A stretch of DNA of 46,668 nt from Octopus sinensis (lineage: Eukaryota), in assembly GCF_006345805.1 (NCBI RefSeq), contig NW_021834669.1, positions 1-46,668 on the forward strand, in the 5' to 3' direction. A program made the position numbers and the translations under genes. This document shows positions 10,763-23,589 of this stretch, piece by piece (the stretch's first letter is position 1; the number at the start of each line of letters is the position of its first letter). Below the pieces are notes generated by a model. The model had not been told where the DNA came from and ran no database searches. It was given only the letters and a program-made list of their open reading frames with translations.

Positions 10763-11665
10763 GTTTGTCCGTCATTGCCCAACGATGACCAAGGGCTTCA
10801 CATAGGAAACAAAAGGACTCACGATGTGACTGGTTTTAGCTGATCAGTCCGATGCGTGCTCGGAAGTTTCTGTCACAAGTCGGGCACTGCTGATTTGCTG
10901 AGACTGGAGGCAAGGTGTTAGCTTTGGACTTGCGCAGCTTACATCTTCTTTATGGTCCTGCCATCCGGTTCTGTTTGTAGCGAGTGTCACGTCTGTTGTT
11001 GAAACTTCGCCAGGCAGGGTGGTCCTCCGCTTGCATTTTCCAGGTGTCGGTCCCTGAGCACTTTAGCGAGGCTTTGAGTGTATCCTTAAAGAACTTTTTC
11101 TGTCTACATTGTGTTCACCGGGAGACAACGTGTGTCAGGAATTCGAACAAGGTGGTCAGTCCACCTGATCTACGCTCACCTAAACAGTGATTAGCTCGAG
11201 AAGGTGCCTTGCCTAGTGAGTGGCGTTCGTAAACAGCCCAAGTCTTTGGGGTCACACAGTATCGAAGGCAGTACAACTGCTTGGTACACCTTTGACTTGG
11301 TGGTCAACCTAATGCCTCTCCTCTCCCATGCTGATTCATGGAACCACCGAATGCTGAGCTTCCTCTTGCGACGCGTGTGTCGACTTCGTCTTTAATGTTC
11401 ACAGGCCTAGAAAGTGTGCTGCTAAAATACGTGAACTTACCAACAACTTTCAGGGTTTCTCCTTCGACTCTCATAGCTGGTTCCAAATATGGCTTCCGCG
11501 AGGCAAGTTGCTGCACGTCCTCTGCTTTCAGAATACTGATTGCGAGGTCAAATTTGTTGCAGGCAGGAGAGAAGCAGTTCACGCTCTGCTGCATCTGAGC
11601 CTCTGCGGTGGCATTGAGTGCGCAGTCATCTGCGAACAGAAGGTCTCGCACTGAGTCCTCTTTCA
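10762..11665 (-). mobile_element. 5'-truncated, internally deleted RTE-clade (BovB-like) LINE
   Basis: VRDLLFADDCALNA..FTYFSSTLSR..DEVDTRVARGSSAFG, KVYQAVVLP, KDTLKASLK and the C-terminal finger CPTCDRNFRARIGLIS. Confidence 0.9.
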
Positions 11666-11729
11666 CATTTTGTATGTATGTGTGTGTGCGTGCATATGTC
11701 TGTGTATGAGTGTGTGTGTGTGTGTGTAT

Positions 11730-11769
<40 letters not shown>

Positions 11770-12850
11770 GTGTGTGTGTGCGTGCGCGTGTTTGTATCTG
11801 AATTTTGTATATTATATATATACTAGTGGTAGTAATCATATGATTTATAACTTTGCGAGTACTTTTGCCACCGTAAGTAATGTCAGGAAATATGGCATAC
11901 ATACAATAATTATGATGTAACTTTTAGCAAATTAGTCGCTCTCTTTGACTTTTTTTGTTCCTTGCTAATTTCCGTTGCCCATTACTTTTAATTAGTTTGT
12001 TCTGTTTTTCTTTAGTCTCATGAAGCAATTAATTGAAGAAAAAAATAAGTACGTTGCATCTATGTTTATATGACATTCGTTTCTCTCGATAATATGATCC
12101 AAGTAATGTAAATTAGATGCGCCTGTTTACAGATGGTATATAAGCTCTTTACATTTGTTTTATTGTTAACGAAACTAATTCTTTTTAAATGAAAGGGAAG
12201 ACAAATTTGGAGGAAGATATAGAGTTTAATCGTTTCTTTTTTTTGTGTGCTACCTACTTTTCTTCTCCAGCAAACTAAAAGGGAAAAAATTGTACATGCT
12301 GTAACAGTAGATCGATTGCACTTAAGATTTTGTGTGGCGGGGAGGGGTTAATTTTCATAATATAAAATCAACTTGGAGAGTTATTTTGATTTCATTTTAT
12401 TTTACCTTTAAATTTGAATATCAAGTGAAATATTTTCATCGGTAATGTGTATGCCAAGGTTTATACACTATACGCTTATGCCTACATGCAATTTAGATCT
12501 TTTAAACTGTTAGTCTGTCACACAGATACTAACTGATATGCTTTGTTTCACACATTCAAGTATAATTTCTCTTTAAATTCTATCCACCACCAGTCTCTTT
12601 AAATTCCATCTTATCATTCATATGTACATATGAAATGTAACCGCACGTGGACTTTTGGCAATTTTTCCTCCGTTTTCCTTCTTTTCCTTCGGACTTTCTT
12701 CTTTTTCCTGCTTCCGACGAACAGCTGTACTCAAAACGTAAAACAACAACTCTCTTCTTTCTCCGAGTGTCCTATTAATTCATTGCTTGTGCTAAGTCCC
12801 CACGTTTGCTTTTTTTCTTTTTTCTCTTTCTTTATTGACCATATATATAT

Positions 12851-12897
<47 letters not shown>

Positions 12898-12904
12898 ATA
12901 TATA

Positions 12905-12935
<31 letters not shown>

Positions 12936-13089
12936 GCCTCTTTCGGGGCTTTAATGCGTTCCCAGAGTATATAGAACATATGAAGAAATACTAATAAGTT
13001 ATGAATACCCAAAGTAAATTGCGAAAATAACTCTAACAGTATAAATACTAAGAAATAAGCATACTCAATTTCGTTTTTACCAAATAATT

Positions 13090-13386
13090 TATGAAAACGA
13101 ATGGGTTATTTCCCTTGGCTATACATAAGGATCCCTTCTAGGAGCGAATGGGTTATTTCCTTTGGTTTTTTAAATAAAATGTATTAGATATATATATATT
13201 TAAGGATCCCTTCCAAGGGCCCTATTATCAATTTTTTCAACAATCTGAGTATGTCATGAGGTTTCTAAACATGAGTTCTACTCACGAGTCGTTTCATCAA
13301 AATCGATAAAACGATGTAGGAGGAGTTAGCTAACAACTCCACAAACAAATACACCCACAGACAGAATTTCCCACATATGTAGTAGA
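13090..13386 (-). mobile_element. Non-autonomous Helitron-like (Lep1-type) 5' portion
   Basis: Minus strand begins A|TCtactacat..tctgtctgt..ctcctcctacatcgttttatcgattttgatgaaac, resembling the ccgattttgatgaaa motif of Lep1-like Helitrons. Internal duplicated cgaatgggttatttcc and aaggatcccttc. No 3' CTAG end found. Confidence 0.5.
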
Positions 13387-13473
13387 TGCATGTGTGTGTA
13401 TGGTGTGTGTGTGTGTGTGTCTGTGTGTGTGTGTGTGTGTGTGTGTCTCTGTGTGTGTGTGTGTGTGTGTGTC

Positions 13474-13790
13474 AAGGCGCGTGGCTTAATGGTTAGTGTA
13501 TTCGGCTCACGATCGCAAGGTCATGAATTCGATTGCAGTGACGCATTGTGTCCTTGAGCAAGACTCTTCATTTCAAGTTGCTTCAGTCCACTTAGCTGTC
13601 AAAAATGAGTAGTACTCGTATTTCAAAAAGCCAGCCTTATCCCACTCTGCATCACGCTAAATCTCCCTGAGAACTATGTTAAAGGTACACGTGTCTGTAA
13701 AGTGCTCGGCCACATGCATGTTAATTTCATGAGAAGGCTGTTCCATTGATCGGAACCCTCATCGGCGTAACCGACAGAGTGACAGTTATA
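13474..13790 (+). mobile_element. tRNA-derived SINE, third family (CORE-like central block)
   Basis: A box tggcttaatgg, B-box-like gaattcgattgc, central tgtgtccttgagcaagac..ttgcttcagtccacttagctg. Flanked by (TG)n tracts. Confidence 0.75.
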
Positions 13791-13800
13791 TACATATATA

Positions 13801-13881
<81 letters not shown>

Positions 13882-14594
13882 GCGTGTAATACATATGCTG
13901 GTATGCGTAAATGCATATGTGTGTGTGAATATGACATATTAAGAACACAACCCTTCCCGTTGGTAGAATCGTTAGCACGCCGGGCAAAATGCTAAGCATT
14001 GAGTTCTTTTTAAAATGAACGTTGAAGTAACACACAGATTCTGAGAAGTGAAACAGCGAAATTATCGTAAACAACTAAATTAAGCCAAATATTTTAAATA
14101 GAAAGAACGGTAGACAGCAAAGAATGGCCAAACATTTTTAGACATTTTCCCCAAATTTAAATGAAATATTAAGTTATTTTCCGTAACAAAATCCTAAGGA
14201 AGAATTTTCCAAAATGAGCAGCGACTTTGCTTTCAGGAAATATCTGAAAAGGTATCATCAGTAACCACGTGCTAAAATGGTAAGGTATATCAACATCAAA
14301 GAACACAGAAACTATACTAAAATTGCAGGCCAAATAATAACAAAATAAAGAATATCCAATCTCAAAAAGTCTTAAAGAATCCGGATCAAAAAATACCTCG
14401 CTTTAATACTAATCAACTCATAGTTGTTTCCCTTAATATCTACTTCTGAAGAGAACGTATAAGCTTAAAATATACCCATCAGTCCAATTTTAGAGCACTC
14501 TGAGCTGATTATGGTGTTTTGATACCATTTTGTTTTAAGTAACACATTTTGCTTTATGACAAACTGCAGTGCGGAGCCTTTACAGATTCAAATA

Positions 14595-15160
14595 TTGGGT
14601 TGTCCGGAAAGTTCGTGCCGATTTATAGTAGCTTAACTTTCGACTTACTTTAGAACATGGTTGAGTCCATAAAATAGGATTTGACTACCCCTCCATTTAG
14701 AGCACAGTTTAAGCTATATTTTCGTGGAAGAAGGTTTATGTTCCTATAACCTGTGTTAATTCTGTAACCCTTTAAAGTGGAAGATAAGAAAGTTCCTTTT
14801 CAGCACTTGATGCTTTGGGGACCAGGCAAAAATTGCTGCAGCTCGACTGGGATGTGTTACCCCACCCTCCATATTCCCCAGATATTGCTCCTTCGGATTC
14901 CCACTTATTCAGGTCTCTGCAGAATAATCTTAATGGTAAAAATTTCAATTCCTTGGATGATGTAAAAAGATACCTTGATGAATTCTTTGTCATGAAACCA
15001 CCTCAATTCTGGGAAAAGGGTATTTTCAAGTTAAAGGAAAGATGGAGACGCATTGTGCAACAAAATGGTTCGTATTTGGTTGATTGAAAATGTAATGGCA
15101 AGTATTTATTGACCTTTTTCTTTCCTTTAAAAATCGGCACGAACTTTCCGGACAACCCAA
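14595..15160 (+). mobile_element. Internally deleted mariner transposon, 566 bp, perfect 30-bp TIRs, TA TSD
   Basis: TA|ttgggttgtccggaaagttcgtgccgattt ... aaatcggcacgaactttccggacaacccaa|TA. Retains the N-terminal EDKKVPFQHLMLW and the C-terminal LPHPPYSPDIAPSDSHLFRSLQNNLNGKNF..GIFKLKERW (mariner YSPDLAPxD motif). Confidence 0.97.
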
Positions 15161-15617
15161 TATTTCTCAAACGTATTTGAATCGGTCTCCAGTTTGTATA
15201 CTCCACTGCTTTACGCATATCCCATAACGTTTTGGGGAATTTAAAATCAATGATTTCTAAAGATTTTAATACCAATAAAATGACATCGGTTTTATATACA
15301 ATGGGTGCAGTACTTTCTATTTAATGTGGAGGATTTTGTTTTATGTAATATTTCACCGATGCTTTTGGGGGGCAAACAACCTCGATTACACCAGTGATTC
15401 AATTGCAAATAATGTGACATCAGTGATTTCCAAAGGCTACATCATTAATATCATTTGTTTTTAATTTGATGCACTCGTGGCGACGCATCAGGGACTTGTA
15501 CAGACTGAAATCGAAACAATAACTTTGGTTTGATATAATAAGGCATTAAATATTGCCTTCTCACATGCTTTCATAGCTTTGATTTACACTAAAGCCAATG
15601 GCACCTCCCAGGAGAAT

Positions 15618-15719
<102 letters not shown>

Positions 15720-16324
15720 CGTTGTGTGTGTGAGAGCACCTGGAAATGACCTAACAACCAGCTTATACTATAAAGGTGTGTTAATAGAAAACTATGAATG
15801 GAAATGTCGAAACGCTTGACTGACTTTCTCTGGTACAAACAAAGCTGATATTCAAGTCTAAAGACGTACTGGAATGTCATAATGCATTTTTAACGTCATG
15901 TACGAATAATATACAGGCTGTCAACAAATTTGTTAAGAATCATTGTCATAGTAATAAAACGGTAGTTGATATGTATTTAGGGAAAGGCGTAAACAAGAGT
16001 CGTTCAAGTTGTGTGGAACAACGCAACTTTTATTATAAAGCTACACTTTGTGAAGTTAAATAACACCAGAAAAAAAAACAAAAGAGGTGGATTATGAAAA
16101 CGCGTTCGACTCAGTCTCTCACACATGGCTAGTTTAGATGATTGCACCTTGTAAATGTGATAAAATCATTTGTTGTTACCTTTGAGAGATTCATCCTGTG
16201 ACCAAAAACAAGAGAAATAACAATCATGTATAAAAAATACCTAACTTTCTAAAGCTGTGTCTCAAATAGACGTCTTTTTCCGTGTGAACTTCTGATCTTC
16301 ACATCGTAGACTCTGTTGTTTATA

Positions 16325-16745
16325 CTAAAATATTTCCAGAATTTTGAGGGAAACGGCTTAGTCGACACCATCGACACTAGTACTTCGCTGGTACTTTATT
16401 GTATCGACCACAACGAGACAAAAGGCAAAATTGTCTGCAGCAGTATTCGAACTAAGAACGTAATAGATCTGAAGAAATACTGCTTAGAGTGTCGTCCAAC
16501 GTGCTAACAATTCTACCAGCTCACTGCCTTTAATAGCTGTTTTTGATATAAGCACAAAGCAAGTAATTTTAAGGGGAGAGGATTAGTCATTCCATTGACA
16601 AGACTTGACTGGTACTTTATTTTATAGACGCTGAAGGGATTAAAGAGTAAGCTAACCTTGCACGATTTGAAACCGCAACGAGCAACCGGAAAAAATTCCT
16701 CTAAATATTTTATCCGACGTTCTTACGATTCAACCAGCTCATCAT
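16325..16745 (-). mobile_element. Two adjacent old SINE family B copies
   Basis: Each carries ctggtacttta, a decayed gaaaggatgaaaggcaaagtcgac, ttgaact/ttgaaacc and ccaacgtgctaac/ccgacgttcttac...ccagctca. Confidence 0.55.
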
Positions 16746-17509
16746 CTTTGTTTACACGCAAATAAAAAAAAACAATGTGTTTACGAAATCTGTGACAATA
16801 TAGAAACCTAGGACAATAAATCGGTGGAAATAAGTCTACCCATAACAAATCATTGATATCAAGAGTGATATAGGATTTATCAACTTCAAGTTAGCTTCTG
16901 GGATTGCATGACGTCCCTTAGCATTTAAAAGAGAATAAGAACTGAACTAAGTATGATCGTGCGAAACATATATTCATTAATAAAGTAACGATCATCAAAT
17001 GGAAAGAAAGTGCACTTATGAAATACTCAAGTTACAAAGTCCGGTGATGAAACTATGCTGCTATTAGCCAAATAGTTCCCAGCAGATTGCTAAAAAAACG
17101 CGTTGCATATGAAAGAAAAATTGATACATGCGTTTTAATCTACAGAATGACGCCCTCTAAGATAAGGAGAGTGTGATGAATGAGCTCTGTGTCATTTCAC
17201 TGCTTGCAGTACATTTGTTCAGTTTGCAAAAATATAGAATAATTCTGAAATATTTCGCAAGTAACAAAGATAGTTATGTTTTAGTCATGAGGGATTCCGT
17301 AATGATCCCATTGTCGGTCGAAAAAAGTGTCAGTTGTAACAAAGTGGTGTATAAATTGTAATATAACACTGATAAGTAAGATTCCGTAAATGTCTATCAG
17401 CAAGAAACGGAATTCTTATAAAACCTCATGCGAAAATGAAGATTTGGTGCCAACCGAAGGAAAAGCTGTTAATGTTTCAGTTGCAGAATTTACAAATGGG
17501 TTTCGAGGT

Positions 17510-17566
17510 AACTCTATTCTTGCAACAAGGAATATCTCGTCTTCGTGCTAAAAAATAATTTACTAC

Positions 17567-17600
<34 letters not shown>

Positions 17601-17678
17601 TGTATGTATATATGTATGTATATATATATATGTGTATATGTATGTATGTATATATATATATATGTATATGTATGTATG

Positions 17679-17709
<31 letters not shown>

Positions 17710-17876
17710 GTGTGTGTATGTATGTATGTATGTATATATACATACATACATACATTCATACATACATACATACATTTATATATATATATATATATATATG
17801 GGATGATGTTTATCGTTGACCATTGGACATTTAAATTTCCAACACACACGCACACATTTACATATACATATATATG

Positions 17877-17920
<44 letters not shown>

Positions 17921-18145
17921 TGTAGATATGTATACACATACGTATATATATGTATATATATATATATGCATACATACATACATACATACATACATACACA
18001 CATACATACATACATACATACATACATACATACATACATACATACATACATACATACATACATACATACATACATACATAAATACATACGTACATACATA
18101 CATATATATACATACATATAGATAGATACTTGCATACATACACAC
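17510..18145. repeat. Large compound microsatellite (TATG)n/(TA)n/(TGCG)n/(CATA)n
   Basis: Direct reading. It accounts for the many overlapping MYVC/YI ORFs in the track. Confidence 0.9.
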
Positions 18146-18159
18146 ACGTTTCGAAAAGC

Positions 18160-18410
18160 AGAGAGAAGGAAGATAGCTGCGGCGAATTGCTTCGAAACTT
18201 CCAGCTTCTTTTACCTGATTATAAATTCACATTTATACCAATAATAACTGGTGTACTTGGTTTTGTGAGTGAATGCATACGTGACAATCTGGATAAGCTC
18301 GGGTTTTCAGGAAAAGAAATCAACAATCTTACTCGCACATTACAAAAGCAATCTGAAAGCGAAACGTTAAAAATAAGCAAGACTTTTCTCAGGTTCAAAA
18401 TGTGAATTTT
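18160..18410 (+). mobile_element. Extreme 3' fragment of an RLE LINE related to 390-955
   Basis: [53 protein letters not shown] aligns by eye with LHGYLQLLYPDYEFIFIPIIIGALGFVSKCL..KLGFSEREIDRLIRT. Confidence 0.8.
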
Positions 18411-18562
18411 TCTGTGTCATTTACATTCCACATTGGCGCTTTGTATTTTGGTTCGTAAACAGCTCCTTCCTTATTTAGCGATTACAAATATTTAAAATTA
18501 TAAGAGAACATAAGTTCTTACGTATTCTCGGCTATCGTAAAGAACCAAAGGCAAAACTCCGA

Positions 18563-18598
<36 letters not shown>

Positions 18599-19590
18599 AA
18601 ACTCACACACACACACATACACACAGAAACTCACACACACACACACACATACACACAGAAACTCACACACACACACACATACATAAAGCAGTGCACATTC
18701 ATATGTGAATTAAGTTGGTAAATTATTATTTATATATCATGGTGTTATAAATTCATTTCAGCGGATTTTAGAATTCGGTTTTGCATAGAAACCAGGAGAA
18801 AAACACAGAACACTTTTCATTAGAAGGACTGATATGGAAATATGTGACAAATTCCCGCCAGGAGAGATCAGGAAGAGTCACGTGTGGTCGGTAGGTGTTG
18901 TGAAAAAGTGGAACGAAAATACTCGTGGGAGAATTTCGGAGTGGAATTTATTTAGAGTAATGCCTCCTTGCGCAGAATTCAGAATGCCTTCACAGTGTAA
19001 GCGGTAACTACACGCAAAGTGGTGTTGCAGCTTGGGTGCAGAAGGTGTAATGTTCAATTGTGTGCAAGCGGGGGGGGGGGGTAGAAAAGGGGCATGAGGT
19101 GTGCGTCCAATCTTGAAATTGGATATGTATATGTATTTGTATGGCTATGTCTGTATATAATATGTTTGGTGTAGTAAACATTGCGCTGAAACCTCAGACC
19201 CTGGTGGTGAGAAGTACTGATAGTAGAAGTTTTAAAGTTTGTAATCATGATTCAGTCTGTCAATATCTAAGCACATACTTCCTTTCATGTGGGCATGGTT
19301 GGAAAATCTCGTTTTGCTGTTTATGTAGGTGTCTTTAGTGTGGTTTGTTTAGCTGAGTGAAGATCATTGTAGGAGCTATAGAATTAGTAGGAGTGGGTTT
19401 CAGAATGCCGTCCAGAGATGGGGTATTTGTGGGAATAATTCTCTGTCGTGAAGATCTTTGACTTAATGGTTAAGGTGATAGGCTCATCATCATATATTCC
19501 GTGAACTAATTCGTGAACCACTTGTCAAATTAAGTCACTTCATTTACATATTGTTTCCGTCTAATCAGCTGCAATGAATACCAACCGAAT

Positions 19591-19597
19591 GCTGGTG

Positions 19598-19694
<97 letters not shown>
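19591..19694. repeat. (CT)n microsatellite, ~104 bp
   Basis: Direct reading. Confidence 0.97.
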
Positions 19695-19696
<2 letters not shown>

Positions 19697-19729
19697 GCCT
19701 GTCATATTTCGGATTTTCTGCTGTATATA

Positions 19730-19935
19730 GACACCTAAAACAGTTAACAAAAACATGGTAACTGAGCAATAAAACAGTTAGAGAAAGCATGGTGCATAAG
19801 TACCTAAAGCAGTTACCGAATACATGGTACATAGGCATATTAAACAGTTAGCAAAAACATAGTACACAGGCACGAAAACAATTAACCGATACATACTACA
19901 TGAACATTTAAAACTGCAAAAACATGGTACATATT
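19730..19935. repeat. Degenerate ~35-bp minisatellite, about 6 units
   Basis: Recurrent taaaacagtta..aaaacatggtacata.g.ac. Confidence 0.8.
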
Positions 19936-20974
19936 TTCGCGTCATCCTCAATTCTGACTGAACGCCATAGTTCAGCATTTTGGTTAATTCTTTTCCAATT
20001 AAGCAGATTTTAATTCAAATGCAAACTTTGGTATGTTTATAGCAACGTGTCCCAACTTCCTCTCTTTATATGTTTTCATCTCTAGCTGTCTGTCTCCCTT
20101 CACTCTCCCTCTGTCTCTGTCTCTGTCTCTCTTGCTCTCAGACGCTATCTCGGTTTAAACGTGAACAATGTTCAAGCTAGACTTCGTATAATACAAACTC
20201 AGTACCTGATGCAAAACAAACATAACCAACAACGGAAAACTGAGCTGTGTATTTCTGCTTCTCTACTCACCCCTGACTACGTAAATTAATTTTAGGTAAG
20301 CAGAGTTCGGTAGAGGAATTTATAAACTTATACAATGACTTAAGCAAGACACAGATTCCTGACCCATGAATTAGGAAACTGACACTTTATGCATGCACAC
20401 AAGCACATATACGCACATACGCACACACACATTTATTTACATCAGTGTACGCACATACATACGTGCACACAACTGCACACAAACACACGCATATATGCAT
20501 ATATACATATAAATGTATATTTATATTACTGTACATACGTACATACATACATACATGCAAACATACATACTTATATATGCAACGTATACTCTCGCGTAAC
20601 TTACATCTCTGCTCGTGTTTATATTGCCAGCATGTGTTAGCAACACACTCCTGGTGGCAGGCATGGGCGTATATACAAACATGCATACATACATACATAC
20701 ATACAAACAAACATACATAAATATATGCATATATATTTGCATGTATATGTCTGTGCATGTACATATATATGTCTATATGTATATACATATATATATATAT
20801 TATATAATATATATATATTATATATATATAATATATATAGGTTTTCATTTTTTTATCGGTGTACGAGTAATATGGATGATTGCATGTCAGCACTCTGCAC
20901 GCCATCTTGTTTCGAACACCATCTCAATTTCCATATCCCACAGTAGAGCAACAAATATGGCGACCATAGCAATT

Positions 20975-20982
20975 ATGATGCC

Positions 20983-21018
<36 letters not shown>

Positions 21019-21071
21019 TGAAGAAGCTGATGATGATGGGGAATGGTGGTACTACTACTATTAATACTACT

Positions 21072-21132
<61 letters not shown>

Positions 21133-21192
21133 GTAACAACAGTAGGGACAATAACATAGGTTTAATGTAATTTTAGCTTATATTTACGCTGT

Positions 21193-21249
<57 letters not shown>

Positions 21250-21250
21250 T
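20975..21250. repeat. (GAT)n, (TAC)n and two (AAT)n tracts
   Basis: Direct reading. Confidence 0.9.
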
Positions 21251-21670
21251 GCATTGGCATGAAGTTTCAGCGTTTTAAAGGAAGAGGGATTAGAAGTTAC
21301 GGCGGTACACATTTATTTGTTTATTTTTAAAATATGTTAACATATACGATATGATCTAAAATAACAAAATTTGGACGTTAACTCAACATGCCTGCAAGGA
21401 AGCTATATGTATTATTTACTTCATTGATTTCCCCCGCGAGGGTTTTCACTGGCAGAGAATGGCACTTGCAATTCAATAATTGTATGAAAGCAGACGACCG
21501 CATTATACTTGCTTGCTTATTACTTACTGAAAGAAAAACAGAAGAAGAAAAAAGAGAAAAAAAACATGAAGACGGAAAATAGGGATATATTGCATCCTGT
21601 TATGCGCATGCGTCAATGCCAGTTGCCAGTTGTAAATGAATTTCGTGAGAATACTTTATGCATGATAACT

Positions 21671-21719
<49 letters not shown>

Positions 21720-21825
21720 TATATATACATATAATATGTAGAAGGTCGAAAAGGAACACATGAGTTGATATATATGGAAAAAAGTCAAGGTAAAAAATGC
21801 TAAACTAATTTTATAAAAAACATTT

Positions 21826-21861
21826 CAGTACCGGTTTCAATCATTGAGACTTTTTCAACTG
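21826..21861 (-). ncRNA. Minimal type I hammerhead ribozyme-like motif, U3-A8 variant
   Basis: Minus strand reads CAG-TTGAAAA-AGTC-tcaat-GATT-GAAAC-CG-GT-A-CTG. The topology is exact, with a 3-bp stem I, a 4-bp stem II and a GUA triplet. It lies in a ~190-bp repeat-like segment adjacent to (TA)n. Confidence 0.55.
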
Positions 21862-22139
21862 CAAGTATGGAAAGCAATTAAATTTTGGAAAAGTTAAAAG
21901 AAAAGTTTTTAAAGAATATTTGCATAGTCTTCAAATACAAGTGGCATTTTCCTTGTTTCTGGCTGTCTCTGTCTCTCTTGTTTACTCTTGTGGGTTCGAG
22001 GTCGTTGTGAATTTTGGGCAGGGAAGAAGAAGAAGAAGAAGAAGAAGAAGAAGAAGAAGAAGGAGGAGGAGGAGGAGGAGGAGGAAGATGAGGAAAAAAG
22101 AATGCGGGAGTACCATGACAGTAGTAGGATGTTTCCACA

Positions 22140-22152
22140 TATATATACTTGT

Positions 22153-22212
<60 letters not shown>

Positions 22213-22248
22213 GAATATATATGTATGTATATATATGAATATATGTGA

Positions 22249-22279
<31 letters not shown>

Positions 22280-22328
22280 TGAATAATATGTATATATATG
22301 AATATATGTGAATATATATATATGGATA

Positions 22329-22359
<31 letters not shown>

Positions 22360-22692
22360 TCATGTATATATATATGCATATTATATATACATATATATAT
22401 ATATGCATATATATATATATATATATAAACACATACTTATATATATATATATAACATTATATATATATATGAATATTATATGTAATATATATATGAATAT
22501 ATGTGAATATATATATATAGTATATATATATATTATATATATATATATTCATGAATATATAATATATGCATATATATATATGAATACAACATATATATAT
22601 ATATATATAATATTATATAGAATATATATTGCATATGTATAGAATTAGTATTATGCATATACATATATATATATTATATATATATATATAAT
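22140..22692. repeat. Degenerate (TA)n-rich tract
   Basis: Direct reading. Confidence 0.9.
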
Positions 22693-22694
22693 AG

Positions 22695-23580
22695 ACCCTC
22701 TATTTCCGCTCTCACTCTCCCTCCTCCTCTCTCTCCCTCTGCAATCGTTTCTCTTTCTGCATCTCTCTCAGATCAACTTTCTCTCACCTCACCCCCTATC
22801 TCAGTTCCTCAACTTCACTCATTCTCTCTTGTATCTATATACCCCCTCTTTCTCTCTCTCTCTTGTTACTCCCCTCCCTCTCTCTGCCTCTTTCCTCTCC
22901 GCTCCTTCACAGGTCAAAACACTTTTCCTCTTCCCCTTTGTCCCCTTATTTCTTTCTCTACACCACCCTCCCTGTCCTTTACTACACTCTGTTGCGCCCC
23001 CTCTCTTCCTCTTCCCCCCTTTTTTTTCCTACTTTCCTCTCCCTGTTCCCTCTAAGGCTCACCACCCCCTGTCTCTTTTTTCCTCTCTCTGTTCCTTCCT
23101 CCACACCACCCTCTCTGTCCCTTTACTTCATCCCGTACCTCTATCCTGCCCTCTCTCTCTCTCCCTCTCCATTTCATCTCTCTCTTCCTCTCCATTTTTC
23201 CTCTCTCTGTCTCCTTCCTCCACACCACCCTCTCTGTCCCTTTACTTCACTCCCTGGTACCTATATCCTGCCCTCTCTCTCCTCTTCAATTCATCTCTCT
23301 CTTCCTCTCCATTTTATCTCTCCGCTTTCTTCTCCCTGCCCCCCCTAGGGTCCACCCTTTGTCTCACTTTCCACCCTCCCTTTTAATACACCTCTATCCC
23401 GCTCACTCTCCCCCTGCTGACCTGCCATTCTCTCACCTTCTCTTTTTTCCCTCTTATTTTCTCTCTTTCTCTCTTCTCTCAGGAAAATCCCCTCGTCTCT
23501 CTCTCTATCCCCCCTGGCTTTTCTCCTTTCTCTTCTCCCTCTCCATATCTCTCCTTCTCTATCTCTCTCTCTGTTCCTAT
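22695..23580 (+). repeat. Pyrimidine-rich low-complexity block with an internal ~120-bp tandem duplication
   Basis: ccacaccaccctctctgtccctttacttca...gtacct.tatcctgccctctctctc occurs at ~23100 and ~23220. Confidence 0.8.
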
Positions 23581-23589
23581 ATTTCACTA

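Noticed and set aside
12712-12752. Fourth hammerhead-like motif (ccgacga-acagc-tgt-actc-aaaac-gt-a)
   Set aside because: The core, stem II and GAAA are all degenerate and stem I is only 2 bp. It may be a decayed Penelope-type repeat but is not supportable as a ribozyme.
17514-18147. Long ORFs made of YI/HT/VC/MYVC repeats (also 5322-5702, 20387-21064, 21878-22642, 34948-35512, 42272-43275)
   Set aside because: These are translations of microsatellites that lack stop codons, with no protein-like complexity.
18790-19500. Possible Penelope GIY-YIG/linker remnants on the minus strand (also 31020-31300)
   Set aside because: Only scattered 3-5 residue resemblances across many stops. A profile search would be needed.
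19730-19935. CRISPR-like ~35-bp periodicity
   Set aside because: Degenerate tandem units without unique spacers, no cas genes, and a eukaryotic context.
22829-23386. 185-aa and 161-aa Leu/Ser/Pro/Phe-rich ORFs
   Set aside because: Artefact of the polypyrimidine tract.
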